Shown piece by piece: positions 1 through 9,615 of a stretch of 64,000 nucleotides of DNA. The DNA is from Armatimonadota bacterium. GTDB taxonomy: Bacteria > Armatimonadota > UBA5829 > DTLH01. The notes beneath the pieces are model-generated. The model was not told where the DNA came from, did not search any database, and saw only the letters and a list, made by a program, of their open reading frames with translations. The stretch is from assembly GCA_038207085.1 (NCBI GenBank), contig JBBRAE010000004.1, positions 96,001 through 160,000 on the forward strand, in the 5' to 3' direction. Within the stretch, counting starts at the first letter, position 1. The number at the start of each line of letters is the position of its first letter. Both the position numbers and the translations under genes were made by a program.

Positions 1-737
1 TGTTCGTCTCTGCTAAGAGCGCAGCCAACAAAACCAAGTGCCTCAGTAACATGAAGCAGTTGGGGGTAGCGTTTGCCCAGTACAAGAACGATTGGGGTTG
101 TTTCTTTCCTCGCGGAGGAAACAGAGACGTGACGGGCTCGGACATGAGCGGCGAATGGCAAAACGTAATCTTTCGCTACATGAAGACCGAGCAAGTATAT
201 CGCTGCCCTAGCTGCCTATGTCGGCAGCCCGATTGGAACTCCGCGGACCCAACGAGTCCGGGCCCGAACAGGGATCTGCCGCGCACGGCGATCACGTATC
301 TCTACAATGTTCAGCTCGGTGCGGACAATGTTCATACTTCGCAGCAGCTTCTCACACCCAGGTCCCATCACGAAAGCGAGGTCATTCGCCCGAGCAAGTG
401 CGTCCTCCTGATGGAAGGCAACGCTTACGGCCGACAGCCTGGCTACAAGTACACCGGCATCGACGCGCGTGGCAGAAAGAAGAGCCAGTGGCTCTGGGAC
501 CAAACATTCGGTGACAGCGCTTCGTCGATCACCGGCGGCGATCGGGCCAAGAAGAGCTATGGGCTGCCGTATCACGCCGATGGCGGCAATATTTCATACG
601 TCGATGGCCACAGTGGCTACAAGAGGTACAACAGCAGCGGCACTCTACAGGCCGTCCTGCCTTACGCTGTGCACGTCCGTCTTGACGCAGGCCTTACGGC
701 AAGCGGCATGGGCATGCAAGACACCTGGCAAAAATAG
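1..737 (+). CDS. DUF1559 / prepilin-type H-X9-DG domain protein (5' end outside window)
   Basis: Frame is open from the window edge: FVSAKSAANKTKCLSNMKQLG..AQY..D. Also YRCPS and C-terminal YHADGGNISYVDGH (H-X9-DG). Confidence 0.9.
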   Translation, partial: FVSAKSAANKTKCLSNMKQLGVAFAQYKNDWGCFFPRGGNRDVTGSDMSGEWQNVIFRYMKTEQVYRCPSCLCRQPDWNSADPTSPGPNRDLPRTAITYLYNVQLGADNVHTSQQLLTPRSHHESEVIRPSKCVLLMEGNAYGRQPGYKYTGIDARGRKKSQWLWDQTFGDSASSITGGDRAKKSYGLPYHADGGNISYVDGHSGYKRYNSSGTLQAVLPYAVHVRLDAGLTASGMGMQDTWQK

Positions 738-779
738 CCCAGGTACAGTCCAACCACCTAGACGAAAGGAGAACCAAGA

Positions 780-2546
780 ATGCAAGCTAGAAACACCATC
801 AAGCTCGTGAGCATCGCCGCACTGGGCGCGCTCACGATGGCGTCGAGCACGATGCTTCACGCCGACACTACCGCTCAGTTTGTTACCTGCGTCGGCGGCG
901 CAAGCGGTATGACTCTTCAGCTCAACCCCTACAAGGGAATCGTCAGAGGCTGCGCCTCTAAGATGATCGACGAGGTCCTTATGGACTGGGCGCACACCAA
1001 CAACACCGCCAATGTCAAGAAGGCCTACACCAAGGCTAGAATGCGGTCCAGCATCGCCTCCCAGTGGTCTGAGCCGACGACGGGCTGGGCCTCAAATGAG
1101 GTCAAGTTCACCGGAGACAAGTCCGACTGTGAGATCGTCTACATCCAGGACGTTAACGATCCGGCCAAGGTCTACTATGCGATGATCATCCGCGCCGACT
1201 CCGTGCTCGGCATCCGTTTTGTGGTCAACCGACAGGACATCTATGCCTTCGACAAGGCAGATGCCACTGCTTCGAGCGTGTTCGTCGACGCTGGCAAGGT
1301 CGATGTTGCAAACGACCCGATCTTCGCACTGGTCCTTGCCGACATGAACTATGACTCCGGCACGAAGACGATCGCCAACGTCAAGCCGATCGAAGGTGGA
1401 CTCTCCGAGTGTTACATGGACTCCGGCTGGAGAGCGATCGATGAGTGGAACAAGAGCTCGTTCAAGATCAACCTGGCGCAGCCGCAGCTCTACGCGCCCA
1501 ACTTCCAGGCTACCCAGGACAACCTGCTGTCCGTCGCAGTTATGGGGATCATCTACAACAAGCACGTCAGCCCGAGCCAGCCGCTCAACGTAACCACTCA
1601 GATGGAGAGGCTTATCACCGGCGGCTTCGTAGACAACTGGGACGCCTTCTTCGCCCTTGACGGAGTTCACTCTCCGATGACCAACTACTTCCGCGAGCCG
1701 CTTTCAGGCACCTGCGTCACCTACAAGTCGCTCATTATGCGCGGTGTGAAGCAGAGCGCGAACGGCGCGACCCTTTCCTATGGTCCATTCACCGAGAACG
1801 AAGCCCAGAGCGGCACGTTCGCGGCCGACTCCGCCCACACCTTCGCCGCCTACACCGACGGCGTCAACTACCACAAAAGCGGCATTCCCGGACTCACCTG
1901 CGTCGCCAAGCCCACGCAGACATTTCCGGACTCCAAGCCCGGCGGCGGTGTCGTGAATGACGCGGTCAACTGGAACATGGGTGGCCACGGCTACACCTTC
2001 CTTCAGAAGTTCACCCCACTCTCGAACCCCAGGCAACTCGAGAACATCCGAGTCGCCAAGGTCAACGGCTACGAGCCCTTCGACTTCTCCGAAGGTAACA
2101 GCCTTCCGGGTATCAACGGCGTCCAGGATGTTGACGACAACCTGAACGTGACCTACTACAAGAACGTGGTCGAAGGCAAGTACCCGCTGTGGACATACAA
2201 CCACTGCTTCGCTCTGCCCGGCGACAATCCCGTCGGCGCCACCGGCTCGAAGGTCGTGAGCATCGGTCTTGCCGACTTCCTCGCGAAGTTCCGGACTCCT
2301 TCGGGTCTCACCGCCGTCCGCGCGGTTGGGCTGATCCCGCTTCCTGATATGAACGGCGAGCTTGCCTCACGCGATCCCGGCGTCGTCGGCTCCCCGAATG
2401 AGAATCGCGGTCCCGGTTGGGCACGCTGCGGATTCCACTCTCCGATCACCGGTGAGACTGTCCGCGATGGTATGATGATGATCCAGCAGGACCCCGACGG
2501 TCCCGAGGGTATGCCCGGAGAACCTTACGTCGAGATGCGCCCATAG
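780..2546 (+). CDS. Secreted protein with PstS-like periplasmic-binding-protein motifs
   Basis: Signal peptide; AAAGGAG RBS; FREPLSGT (like REPGSGT) and KNVVEGKYPLWTYNH resemble PstS motifs; strong C-ending codon bias. Confidence 0.65.
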   Translation: MQARNTIKLVSIAALGALTMASSTMLHADTTAQFVTCVGGASGMTLQLNPYKGIVRGCASKMIDEVLMDWAHTNNTANVKKAYTKARMRSSIASQWSEPTTGWASNEVKFTGDKSDCEIVYIQDVNDPAKVYYAMIIRADSVLGIRFVVNRQDIYAFDKADATASSVFVDAGKVDVANDPIFALVLADMNYDSGTKTIANVKPIEGGLSECYMDSGWRAIDEWNKSSFKINLAQPQLYAPNFQATQDNLLSVAVMGIIYNKHVSPSQPLNVTTQMERLITGGFVDNWDAFFALDGVHSPMTNYFREPLSGTCVTYKSLIMRGVKQSANGATLSYGPFTENEAQSGTFAADSAHTFAAYTDGVNYHKSGIPGLTCVAKPTQTFPDSKPGGGVVNDAVNWNMGGHGYTFLQKFTPLSNPRQLENIRVAKVNGYEPFDFSEGNSLPGINGVQDVDDNLNVTYYKNVVEGKYPLWTYNHCFALPGDNPVGATGSKVVSIGLADFLAKFRTPSGLTAVRAVGLIPLPDMNGELASRDPGVVGSPNENRGPGWARCGFHSPITGETVRDGMMMIQQDPDGPEGMPGEPYVEMRP

Positions 2547-2567
2547 CCCCTGAGGAGGTAGACCGAA

Positions 2568-4007
2568 ATGAGACGCTTCAATAAATCAAAAGCGGCTGCC
2601 TTTCTGGGGGTGGCGAGCCTGACCGTAGCGATGTGTTCGGCGGACACCTTCGTCGACACCATCGGCAACGGCTCCAAGTTGGGCCTGGGCAAGGAGCTTG
2701 CCCGCTCACTCTCCATCGGTTACAGTGAGTATCCCTGGAGTGGTGACTTTACCGGGGTGCGCCCGACCAACGGCTCCCAGCCCGCCAATCCGCTGGCCTA
2801 TACCTATACGGACCATCAGTCGAGCGTTTGGGGTGTGACCCACAGGGGCACAACCGGCGTCAAGTCGGCCCAGATTCTCGTCGGCAATCAGCCGACCGAG
2901 TCCGCCGGGCGCTACGCCGGATGGATCGTTCAGCCGATCAAGCCTGCTGCAAGCGGCTTCGTCACCGGACTCGACTTCGTCGCCGAGTACCGCACCCCGG
3001 CCTTTCATGTGCCGGAGTTCTTCGGCGGGCCGGTGAGGTCTGCAAAGGCCTACATTGGCCTGATCGACGCTCCCACGACCGGAACGGCGCTCCCGAGTAA
3101 CCTCTGGAGTTCATCTGCGCCGGTCGAGGTAGACCTGGCAAACTGCAACGTGGGCAAGATGGTCCACGCGAATGTCAACAAACCGGTTACGGCCGGTTCG
3201 ACATACTGGGTAGTCATCGCCCCGGAGAGTCATTTCCCCGGCGATTGCTCCACCGACGTTCTGGACTACGCGAATATCGCCTGGGCATATCGCAAGACCG
3301 CGAGTGACATCGACAAGGCGCTCACTCCGCTCTACTCCGGCGCAAATGGGGTAGGGGACTTTGTTCCGGTGCCGAACACGGTGCTTGGAATCAGGGTGAC
3401 CGGGCTTGCACAGCAGCCTCAGTCGATGACCGTAGCCGACGCCCGCAATGCTGAAGACGGAACCCCCGTCAGCCTCGCAGGCGTAGCCATCACCGCGAAG
3501 ACGGGCGCCATCGGCCCCGACTTCTTCTATGTCGAGCAGCCCGACCGCGCCGCCGGTCTCAGGGTTGTCGGAACGACCGGCCTCCCCGTTGGTGAGCGCG
3601 TGACCGTGATCGGCACGATGACCACCGTAGGCCTGGAGCGTGCGGTTATTACCCTGGTCGATGTCTCCTCGACCGGAGAAAACTCCGCGCTTCCGGCGGT
3701 CGGTATGTCCTCCCAGACCATCGGCGGACGCACTTCCGGCAAGCTCATCGGCCCCGACGGCGGAACCGGCGTCAACAACGTCGGCCTCCTGGTTCGGGCG
3801 TGGGGTAAGGTTACCCCCGGAACCGGCAACGAGTTCACCATCGCTGACGGTGCAGGAAGCGGTGTTCTCTGCCGCGCGGCGTCAGGAATCACGGTTCCGA
3901 CTACGGGATACGTCTCGGTAGGCGGAATCGCCACAGTAGAACAGGCAGGATCGGTTAAGAGGTCCGTCGTGTTGATCAGAGATCAGCAGGACATCAAGGC
4001 TTACTAA
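2568..4007 (+). CDS. Secreted protein with C-terminal paired OB-fold-like module
   Basis: GAGGAGG RBS; signal peptide; C-terminal FFYVEQPDRAAGLRV...NNVGLLVRAWGKVT...FTIADG module. Confidence 0.7.
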   Translation: MRRFNKSKAAAFLGVASLTVAMCSADTFVDTIGNGSKLGLGKELARSLSIGYSEYPWSGDFTGVRPTNGSQPANPLAYTYTDHQSSVWGVTHRGTTGVKSAQILVGNQPTESAGRYAGWIVQPIKPAASGFVTGLDFVAEYRTPAFHVPEFFGGPVRSAKAYIGLIDAPTTGTALPSNLWSSSAPVEVDLANCNVGKMVHANVNKPVTAGSTYWVVIAPESHFPGDCSTDVLDYANIAWAYRKTASDIDKALTPLYSGANGVGDFVPVPNTVLGIRVTGLAQQPQSMTVADARNAEDGTPVSLAGVAITAKTGAIGPDFFYVEQPDRAAGLRVVGTTGLPVGERVTVIGTMTTVGLERAVITLVDVSSTGENSALPAVGMSSQTIGGRTSGKLIGPDGGTGVNNVGLLVRAWGKVTPGTGNEFTIADGAGSGVLCRAASGITVPTTGYVSVGGIATVEQAGSVKRSVVLIRDQQDIKAY

Positions 4008-4026
4008 TCCGATCACCTGAACGATA

Positions 4027-4102
4027 GACCCGGAGGCCGGACGAGCGTAGTGGCCGGTGAAAAACTCAGCATAGACTGAGTGATTCCACCGGCCTCCGGG
4101 TC
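4027..4102 (+). terminator. Large inverted repeat after the 3-gene operon (terminator or RNA-stabilising structure)
   Basis: GACCCGGAGGCCGG (4027-4040) / CCGGCCTCCGGGTC (4089-4102), with an inner ACTCAG/CTGAGT stem; no U-tract. Confidence 0.45.
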
Positions 4103-4222
4103 ACTTGAACGCACATTCGCACTTATATATTGATTTGGAAGGGCCCTCCCCACATCCAACCGACTGCACTCCCGACCCACGCGACCCCTCCCCGGGCCCT
4201 TCCATCCCCCCCAACAATATTC

Positions 4223-4256
4223 CCCCTCTCCTCGTGGGAGAGTGTCAGGGTGAGGG
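4223..4256. repeat. Degenerate REP-like palindrome (CCCTCTCC...GGGAGAG...GGGTGAGGG type)
   Basis: cccctctcctcgtgggagagtgtcagggtgaggg at the end of a C-rich tract. Confidence 0.4.
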
Positions 4257-4332
4257 TGCGATTAATTGCCTCAAAATGGGAAAGAACATTCTATAAGCGC
4301 CGCCATATTCGCGCTCAAAGGAAGTGTTCAAA

Positions 4333-4557
4333 ATGCCCCTGTTCTACGATGAAGCACTGATCCAGCTCGTCCGTCAAAGACTCATGCAGGACCGCCGCAC
4401 CGCCGGTGTGACGGTAGACATCTGCTGCACCGATGGCTGCATCTGCCTGATGGGCCGCGTCGACAGGCTTGAGCAAGCCGAGACAGCAGAAGTTCTCGTT
4501 CAGGGTATGCTGGGCGTGCGTTCGGTGCTGAACAACATTGTTGTTCGTAGGAAGTAA
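4333..4557 (+). CDS. BON domain protein
   Basis: D..L...VRQRL..D......VDI...DG.I.LMGRV......AE......GVRSVLNNIVV pattern. Confidence 0.85.
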   Translation: MPLFYDEALIQLVRQRLMQDRRTAGVTVDICCTDGCICLMGRVDRLEQAETAEVLVQGMLGVRSVLNNIVVRRK

Positions 4558-4568
4558 CAGAGTGGGCG

Positions 4569-4630
4569 TATGCTTCGGCTCGTTCTTTGGAGCCGAAGCC
4601 CTCTGATCGGCGATAGTGGCCGCTGTCATT
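4569..4630 (+). repeat. Dispersed ~60-bp repeat family D, copy 1
   Basis: Near-identical to 8369-8430; diverged reverse copy at 40388-40445; GCTTCGG/CCGAAGC stem. Confidence 0.85.
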
Positions 4631-4631
4631 C

Positions 4632-4986
4632 ATGTATGCTCCGATGGAACGCCGCCCTGCACAGACTGATCGTCTTCCACTAGCAGTGGGTAACGCCGGT
4701 TGCTCATCTTTTCTTGTCGCTTCACTGCCTCCAGCCGCCGAGGACTGCTGCGGGAACTTGACGGGCTGTATCCCATCACCGGGCGAGACCCGGCGTTCCC
4801 GCAGCATACGCATACAAAGAGATGATCTATCACGTGAAGTTCGAGACACGCTATGATGCAAGGAGGGAAATCTTCGACTTTATAGAAGTCTTCTATAACA
4901 GGCGGCGGCTACACTTATATCTGGGCTACTTAAGCCCGGTCGAGTTCGAGGCCGCAGCCACTAAGGCGGCCTGACAAAGTGTCCGT
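4632..4986 (+). pseudogene. IS3-family transposase remnant, copy 1 (internally deleted)
   Basis: Encodes KEMIYHVKFETRYDARREIFDFIEVFYNRRRLHLYLGYLSPVEFE (IS3 OrfB C-terminus). Upstream RRPA..LIVFH* resembles a decayed RRP.GLIFHSD motif. Confidence 0.85.
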
Positions 4987-5026
4987 ACGGCAGGCTTGAC
5001 TGGAACCAGAGGAAACAGCAAATAAT

Positions 5027-6055
5027 ATGACAACACGAGAAAGACTCGAGATAGCTCTTGACGGCGGGACACCAGATGTCACGCCTTATTCCATCTACCC
5101 GTTCTTCATCGACAGCATCGAAGACGATCGCTGGCGGAGGCTTCTTGATATGGGGCTTGGACTGTGTGAGACTGTCTGCAGCTGGGACGAGTTGGTCGAA
5201 GGGGTGGACTACTGTAACTTCGCGGAGACCCGCGGGGGCAAGTGTGTCCAAGTGACTCGGATCAGCAACCCTGCAGGCACTGTAGAGAGCTTGAAGACGG
5301 ACGGCTGGACCACCGAGCACTTCATCAAGGAGCCAAAGGACTACAAGGTTTTTCAGTGGATGGCCGAACACACTGAAATCAGGCCCCGGCTTGAGCGCTT
5401 CGCCGAGCAGGAGGAAAAGAGCGGCAAATGGGGTCCTGTGATGCACTTTCTTGGTCGCACTCCCCCGATGATCATCAACGTCGATCTAGCTGGGACTGAG
5501 AAGTTCTGCCTGGACTATGCACTCGAGGTGCCTGAGATGTTTGAGCTGATCGAAGCGATGAACAAGCGATTCTTCGAGAAGATGGAGATCACCGCCATTT
5601 GCCCGGGAAGACACGTGAAACTTCTTGAGAACCTGACGGCCGATATGCTCGGGCCTGAGTGGTATGCCCGTGAGCTTATGCCGATCTACGAACGCATTAA
5701 CTCAATCCTTGAGCCTGTTGGCAAGAAGTTGATGGTCCATTACGACGGCAGGCTCACCTGCATCAAGGAGCAGATCGCCGGGGCGCCGCTCCACTGCATC
5801 GAATCGCTTACCGAGGCCCCTGAAGGAGACATGACCTACGACCAGTGCCGCCAGGCCTGGCCCGAGAAGGTCTTCTGGGCGAACATCAACGTTGGCTGCT
5901 ACTATCGCACTGAAGAGGAACTTACAGCCGAAGTCATCGCAAAGCGTGAACGTGCGGGAAAGCAGGCGCTTGCATTTGAGATATCAGAGGATCTGCAGAC
6001 AAACTGGGAAACGACCATACCTATCGTTTTGAAGACGCTTGAGGAGCTTAGATAA
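5027..6055 (+). CDS. Uroporphyrinogen decarboxylase / MtaA-like methyltransferase family protein
   Basis: MTTRERL..AL.GGTPD.TP start; EHFIKEPKDY; VHYDG; IESLT..PEGD; WPEK.FW.NI. Confidence 0.75.
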   Translation: MTTRERLEIALDGGTPDVTPYSIYPFFIDSIEDDRWRRLLDMGLGLCETVCSWDELVEGVDYCNFAETRGGKCVQVTRISNPAGTVESLKTDGWTTEHFIKEPKDYKVFQWMAEHTEIRPRLERFAEQEEKSGKWGPVMHFLGRTPPMIINVDLAGTEKFCLDYALEVPEMFELIEAMNKRFFEKMEITAICPGRHVKLLENLTADMLGPEWYARELMPIYERINSILEPVGKKLMVHYDGRLTCIKEQIAGAPLHCIESLTEAPEGDMTYDQCRQAWPEKVFWANINVGCYYRTEEELTAEVIAKRERAGKQALAFEISEDLQTNWETTIPIVLKTLEELR

Positions 6056-6082
6056 AGATGGGTAAACGGATTGAGGCGGCGG

Positions 6083-6439
6083 ATGTATGCTCCGGTGGAA
6101 CGCCGCCCTGCACAGACTGATCGTCTTCCACTAGCCCGCTTTATTCGTGAAGCGAATAAAGCTCTCGCTAGCCTGCATTATTCACGCTACTCGTGAATAA
6201 TGCAGGCTAGCGAGATTACCCGCAGCAGTGGGCAAGTTCCCTCAGCATACAAAGAGATGATCTATCACGTCAAGTTCGAGACACGCTATGATGCAAGGAG
6301 GGAAATCTTCGACTTTATAGAAGTCTTCGATAACAGGCGGCGGCTGCACTTATATCTGGGCTACTTAAGCCCGGTCGAGTTCGAGGCCGCAGCCACTAAG
6401 GCGGTCTGACAAAGTGTCCGTTTTTGGGGCATCAGTCCA
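6083..6439 (+). pseudogene. IS3-family transposase remnant, copy 2, with right inverted repeat
   Basis: Direct repeat of 4632-4986. Ends GTGTCCGTTTTTGGGGCATCAGTCCA, an IS3-type terminal repeat ending in CA. Confidence 0.85.
6131..6215 (+). repeat. CTAG-bounded ~81-bp double-hairpin element (family F), copy 1
   Basis: GCTTTATTCG-tgaag-CGAATAAAGC plus GCATTATTCACG-n5-CGTGAATAATGC; four copies in the window. Confidence 0.9.
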
Positions 6440-6495
6440 ACACAGGTGGGCGTACGAGAAAGACGACTTGGGCCAGATTCTCTTTGGAGGTATAG

Positions 6496-8343
6496 ATGAC
6501 ACATCTTTACGTTGACACTGATGGCTGCGACTTCGGCGACGGTTCTGTAGATCGTCCGTTTGCCACGCTTGAACGCGCGAGGGATGCAGTTCGTGGGCTT
6601 AGGGACGTGACTGTCGTTCTACGGGGCGGGATCCATTATCGGAGAGAACCATTCCTGCTAGGCAGAGAGGATTCCGGTGTCGTCTACACAGCAGCGATGG
6701 GAGAAGATGTTCGGCTGTCCGGTGGGGTCGGGCTGAGCGCTTTTCGACCGGTTTCCGACCCGGAAGTGCTTGCACGGCTCGATCCGGCGGCGAGGGATTA
6801 CGTGATGGAGGTCGATCTTCGCGCGGCAGGCGTCTCAGAGATCGGCGACATCGTGTCCAGAGGTTTCGACAGGCCGATCAGGCCGGCGCACTCCGAGTTG
6901 TTCTTCGGCGGCCGACGGATGCACCTCGCCCGATGGCCGAACGACGGCGACGCGAAGATCGCTGGCGTTCCATCCGATCAGGCTGTGGACGATGGCCACG
7001 GGCGGGACATCGGCAAGCTTGAAGACGGATTCTACTACGATACAGACCGCCTCTGCCGATGGTGTGACACGTCAGACATCTGGATCCACGGCTTCTGGGC
7101 CTGGGAATGGGCCAACTCCTACGAACAGATAGATGTGCTCGACCCAGAGAGGCAGTTTATCCGCGCGAAGCCGCCGTATGGGCTCTATGGCTACAGGCCT
7201 GGCGGCCGCATCTTCTTTATCAACATCCTCGAAGAACTGGATCAACCCGGCGAGTACTTCATCGACCGTAAGCGCGAAATGCTCTACTTCTGGCCGCCGG
7301 AGCCGGTGGACAAGGTGGACGTGACGCTGTCCGTGATGAGCGGTCCGCTCGTGCAGATGGAAGGCACGTCGGATGTGGTAATTCAGGGAATCACTCTAGA
7401 AGCGACTCGTGGAAGCGCGATTGAGATGTCGGGAGGTCGGAAAAACTCGATAGAGGACTGCACGATCCGACAGATCGGCAACTGGGCGGTGCTCGTGAAC
7501 GGCGGGGCTGAACACTCGGTGGTAAGGTGTCACATACACGAGATCGGCGACGGAGGCATAAATCTCATCGGCGGCGATCGCAAAACGCTCGAACCGGGCG
7601 GGCATGTGGCCGAAGGAAACCACATTCACGACTACGGCCAGTGGTCCAAGTGCTACCAGCACGCAATATGGCTGGTTGGTGTCGGCGGTAGGGCGGCGGA
7701 TAACCACATCCACGACGGTCCTCACTGCGCCATCCAGATCAATGGGAACGATCACATCATCGAGTGCAACGAAATCCATCACGTCTGCATGGAAAGCGGA
7801 GATGTTGGGGCGTTCTACATCGGCCGGGACTATTCCTACTGCGGCAACGTCGTCAAAGACAATCATTTCCACGACATCGGTGGCTTTGGCGGCGACAGCA
7901 ATGTGATCTATCTGGATGACTGCGCAAGTGGCGTCGAGATCACGGGAAACAGGGTGGAGCGCGCCAACACCGGCGTACGGGTTGGCGGCGGACGAGACAA
8001 TATAATTACGGGCAACATCTTCCGGGGCTGCAAGCACGGCATCTATGTCGATTCGCGCGGCACGGTTGAATCGCCGACGTGGCACGACATGGTCTACGTC
8101 ACTATGAGGGAGCGACTGGAAGCGATGGACTATCTCAGACCTCCTTACAGCGAGCGATACCCGCGCGTGCTCGACATCGCGAAATACCTGATCCCCGAAG
8201 AACCCGGGGTGCCGCCGGAGGGAAACGTTATCCGACGAAACACCTTTGCCTGCGAGCGCCCGATAGTCACCACTGACTGGAATCCGGTCCCGGATGGGAT
8301 GCTGGATATAGGCGACAACGCCTACGAGGAAACACGACACTAG
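6496..8343 (+). CDS. Right-handed parallel beta-helix protein (pectin-lyase fold, GH141-like)
   Basis: GGAGG RBS; GDGS...PFATLERARDAVR; ARWPN; EELDQPGEYF; repeated N.IHD units; D.GAFY; IYLDD. Confidence 0.85.
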   Translation: MTHLYVDTDGCDFGDGSVDRPFATLERARDAVRGLRDVTVVLRGGIHYRREPFLLGREDSGVVYTAAMGEDVRLSGGVGLSAFRPVSDPEVLARLDPAARDYVMEVDLRAAGVSEIGDIVSRGFDRPIRPAHSELFFGGRRMHLARWPNDGDAKIAGVPSDQAVDDGHGRDIGKLEDGFYYDTDRLCRWCDTSDIWIHGFWAWEWANSYEQIDVLDPERQFIRAKPPYGLYGYRPGGRIFFINILEELDQPGEYFIDRKREMLYFWPPEPVDKVDVTLSVMSGPLVQMEGTSDVVIQGITLEATRGSAIEMSGGRKNSIEDCTIRQIGNWAVLVNGGAEHSVVRCHIHEIGDGGINLIGGDRKTLEPGGHVAEGNHIHDYGQWSKCYQHAIWLVGVGGRAADNHIHDGPHCAIQINGNDHIIECNEIHHVCMESGDVGAFYIGRDYSYCGNVVKDNHFHDIGGFGGDSNVIYLDDCASGVEITGNRVERANTGVRVGGGRDNIITGNIFRGCKHGIYVDSRGTVESPTWHDMVYVTMRERLEAMDYLRPPYSERYPRVLDIAKYLIPEEPGVPPEGNVIRRNTFACERPIVTTDWNPVPDGMLDIGDNAYEETRH

Positions 8344-8368
8344 CGAGGTACTAATGCAGACAGTTTTC

Positions 8369-8430
8369 TATGCTTCGGTGCGTTCTTTGGAGCCGAAGCC
8401 CTCTGATCGGCGATAGTGGCGGCTGTCATT
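8369..8430 (+). repeat. Dispersed repeat family D, copy 2
   Basis: Matches 4569-4630 except at 3 positions. Confidence 0.85.
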
Positions 8431-8489
8431 GAGGTTGAAGCTCATCGAAGCACATGACTTGGGGCGAAGGCTCGCAAGTGACGCAAAAA

Positions 8490-8523
8490 CGGCAGGCCTC
8501 ATCACTCTGAACAAGACCTGCCG
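8490..8523. terminator. Hairpin between convergent genes
   Basis: CGGCAGG...CCTGCCG preceded by AAAAA, which is a U-tract on the minus strand. Confidence 0.5.
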
Positions 8524-8538
8524 CGTTGGTTCGTTTAG

Positions 8539-9615
8539 TTAGACAGACTCAAGCGACTTTTCTTCGGCGGCCTCTTCCAGAAGCGGGATATACGGGGCCA
8601 TCGCGAGCTGCGCGAGTAGGCAGCAGACGGTGGACTCGGCTCCCTGGTTCAGGTTGGGGCCGGACGGCGCGAGTGCGTCGAAGCAGCCGCCGGTGACTGG
8701 GTCGTAGAGCGCTTCCCCGATGCTGTTAGCGCCAAAATACCAGTCGAAACAGATCTTCGCATGGTCCAGATAGTGCCTGTCCTCGGTCACGTCGTATGCC
8801 GAAAGGTTCGCCATCAGCGACGCCATCGGGTCTACCGGTTGCTGGTCATACCAGGCCCGGTCCTCGCCTTCCCAATACCAGCCATTGCACCCAATCGGCT
8901 GATGGATGCCGTCGATGTTGGTCACCTTGTTCAGGAAGTCGATACTCTCCCTGGCGACGTCGAGGTGCTCCTGCTTGCCCGTGATCTGGTAGGCAAGAAA
9001 AAGCGCGCGCGGCGGGATGCCGTTTGAATAGGTCATATACGGCTCAAACCAAGTCCACTCGGGCTTGGCGTACCCACGGAATATCGCGCACATGTCGTCG
9101 GCGAGTTTGCTCAGGTGGCCTTTGACCGCCTCGGCGTTGGGATCGGACTGCATATAGAAGTAAGTCCCAAGCGCGGAGTAGGCTTTGCCTCGAAGCGTGG
9201 CGATGGTGGGGATCCACTTGATCGCGTCGTCAAAGAGCCTTCGGGCTACTTTCTTCACGTTTTCGTGAATATTTGCCGCAAGCGCCTCGCCGCACGCCCA
9301 CAGGACGCGTCCGAAACAGTCCTCGCTTCCTTCGTCGTCCAGGAATATCTGGTCGAAGCTCATGAAGTTGTGGAACCGTCTGCTCGGCGTCTGCGCGTAG
9401 TGCAGGAAGCTCAAATACGTGCTGACGAGCTGCAGGAGCCTTCGGTCGCGGGTGCGCTCATAGTCATGAATCGCGGCGATCAGGGCACGTGCGTTGTCGT
9501 CGGTCGTGTAACCCGTGCGTCGGTTAGGGATCGAAAAAATCGCGTGCTGGATGATCCCTGTTCGATCGGTCAGGGTTTCCAGGTGCTCAAGCACAATCGG
9601 CGGGTAATCTTTCAC
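8539..9615 (-). CDS. GT4-associated six-hairpin glycosidase-like protein
   Basis: LTD.TGIIQHA..SIPN...GYTTDDNARAL; RFHNFMSFD; SEDCFGR..WA.G; DQQP; NLNQGAEST. Confidence 0.75.
   Translation of the reverse strand: MKDYPPIVLEHLETLTDRTGIIQHAIFSIPNRRTGYTTDDNARALIAAIHDYERTRDRRLLQLVSTYLSFLHYAQTPSRRFHNFMSFDQIFLDDEGSEDCFGRVLWACGEALAANIHENVKKVARRLFDDAIKWIPTIATLRGKAYSALGTYFYMQSDPNAEAVKGHLSKLADDMCAIFRGYAKPEWTWFEPYMTYSNGIPPRALFLAYQITGKQEHLDVARESIDFLNKVTNIDGIHQPIGCNGWYWEGEDRAWYDQQPVDPMASLMANLSAYDVTEDRHYLDHAKICFDWYFGANSIGEALYDPVTGGCFDALAPSGPNLNQGAESTVCCLLAQLAMAPYIPLLEEAAEEKSLESV

Noticed and set aside
6200..6409. Functional 69-aa protein
   Set aside because: It is an IS3 OrfB tail whose ATG comes from the inserted family F element.
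7396..8340. Long antisense ORFs (also 43862-44917, 16815-17594, 52244-53038 and others)
   Set aside because: They are shadows of well-supported genes on the other strand, expected with GC-rich codon bias, and have no motifs.
4569..8430. attL/attR of an integrated island
   Set aside because: A third diverged copy at 40388-40445 shows a dispersed repeat; there is no integrase or tRNA.
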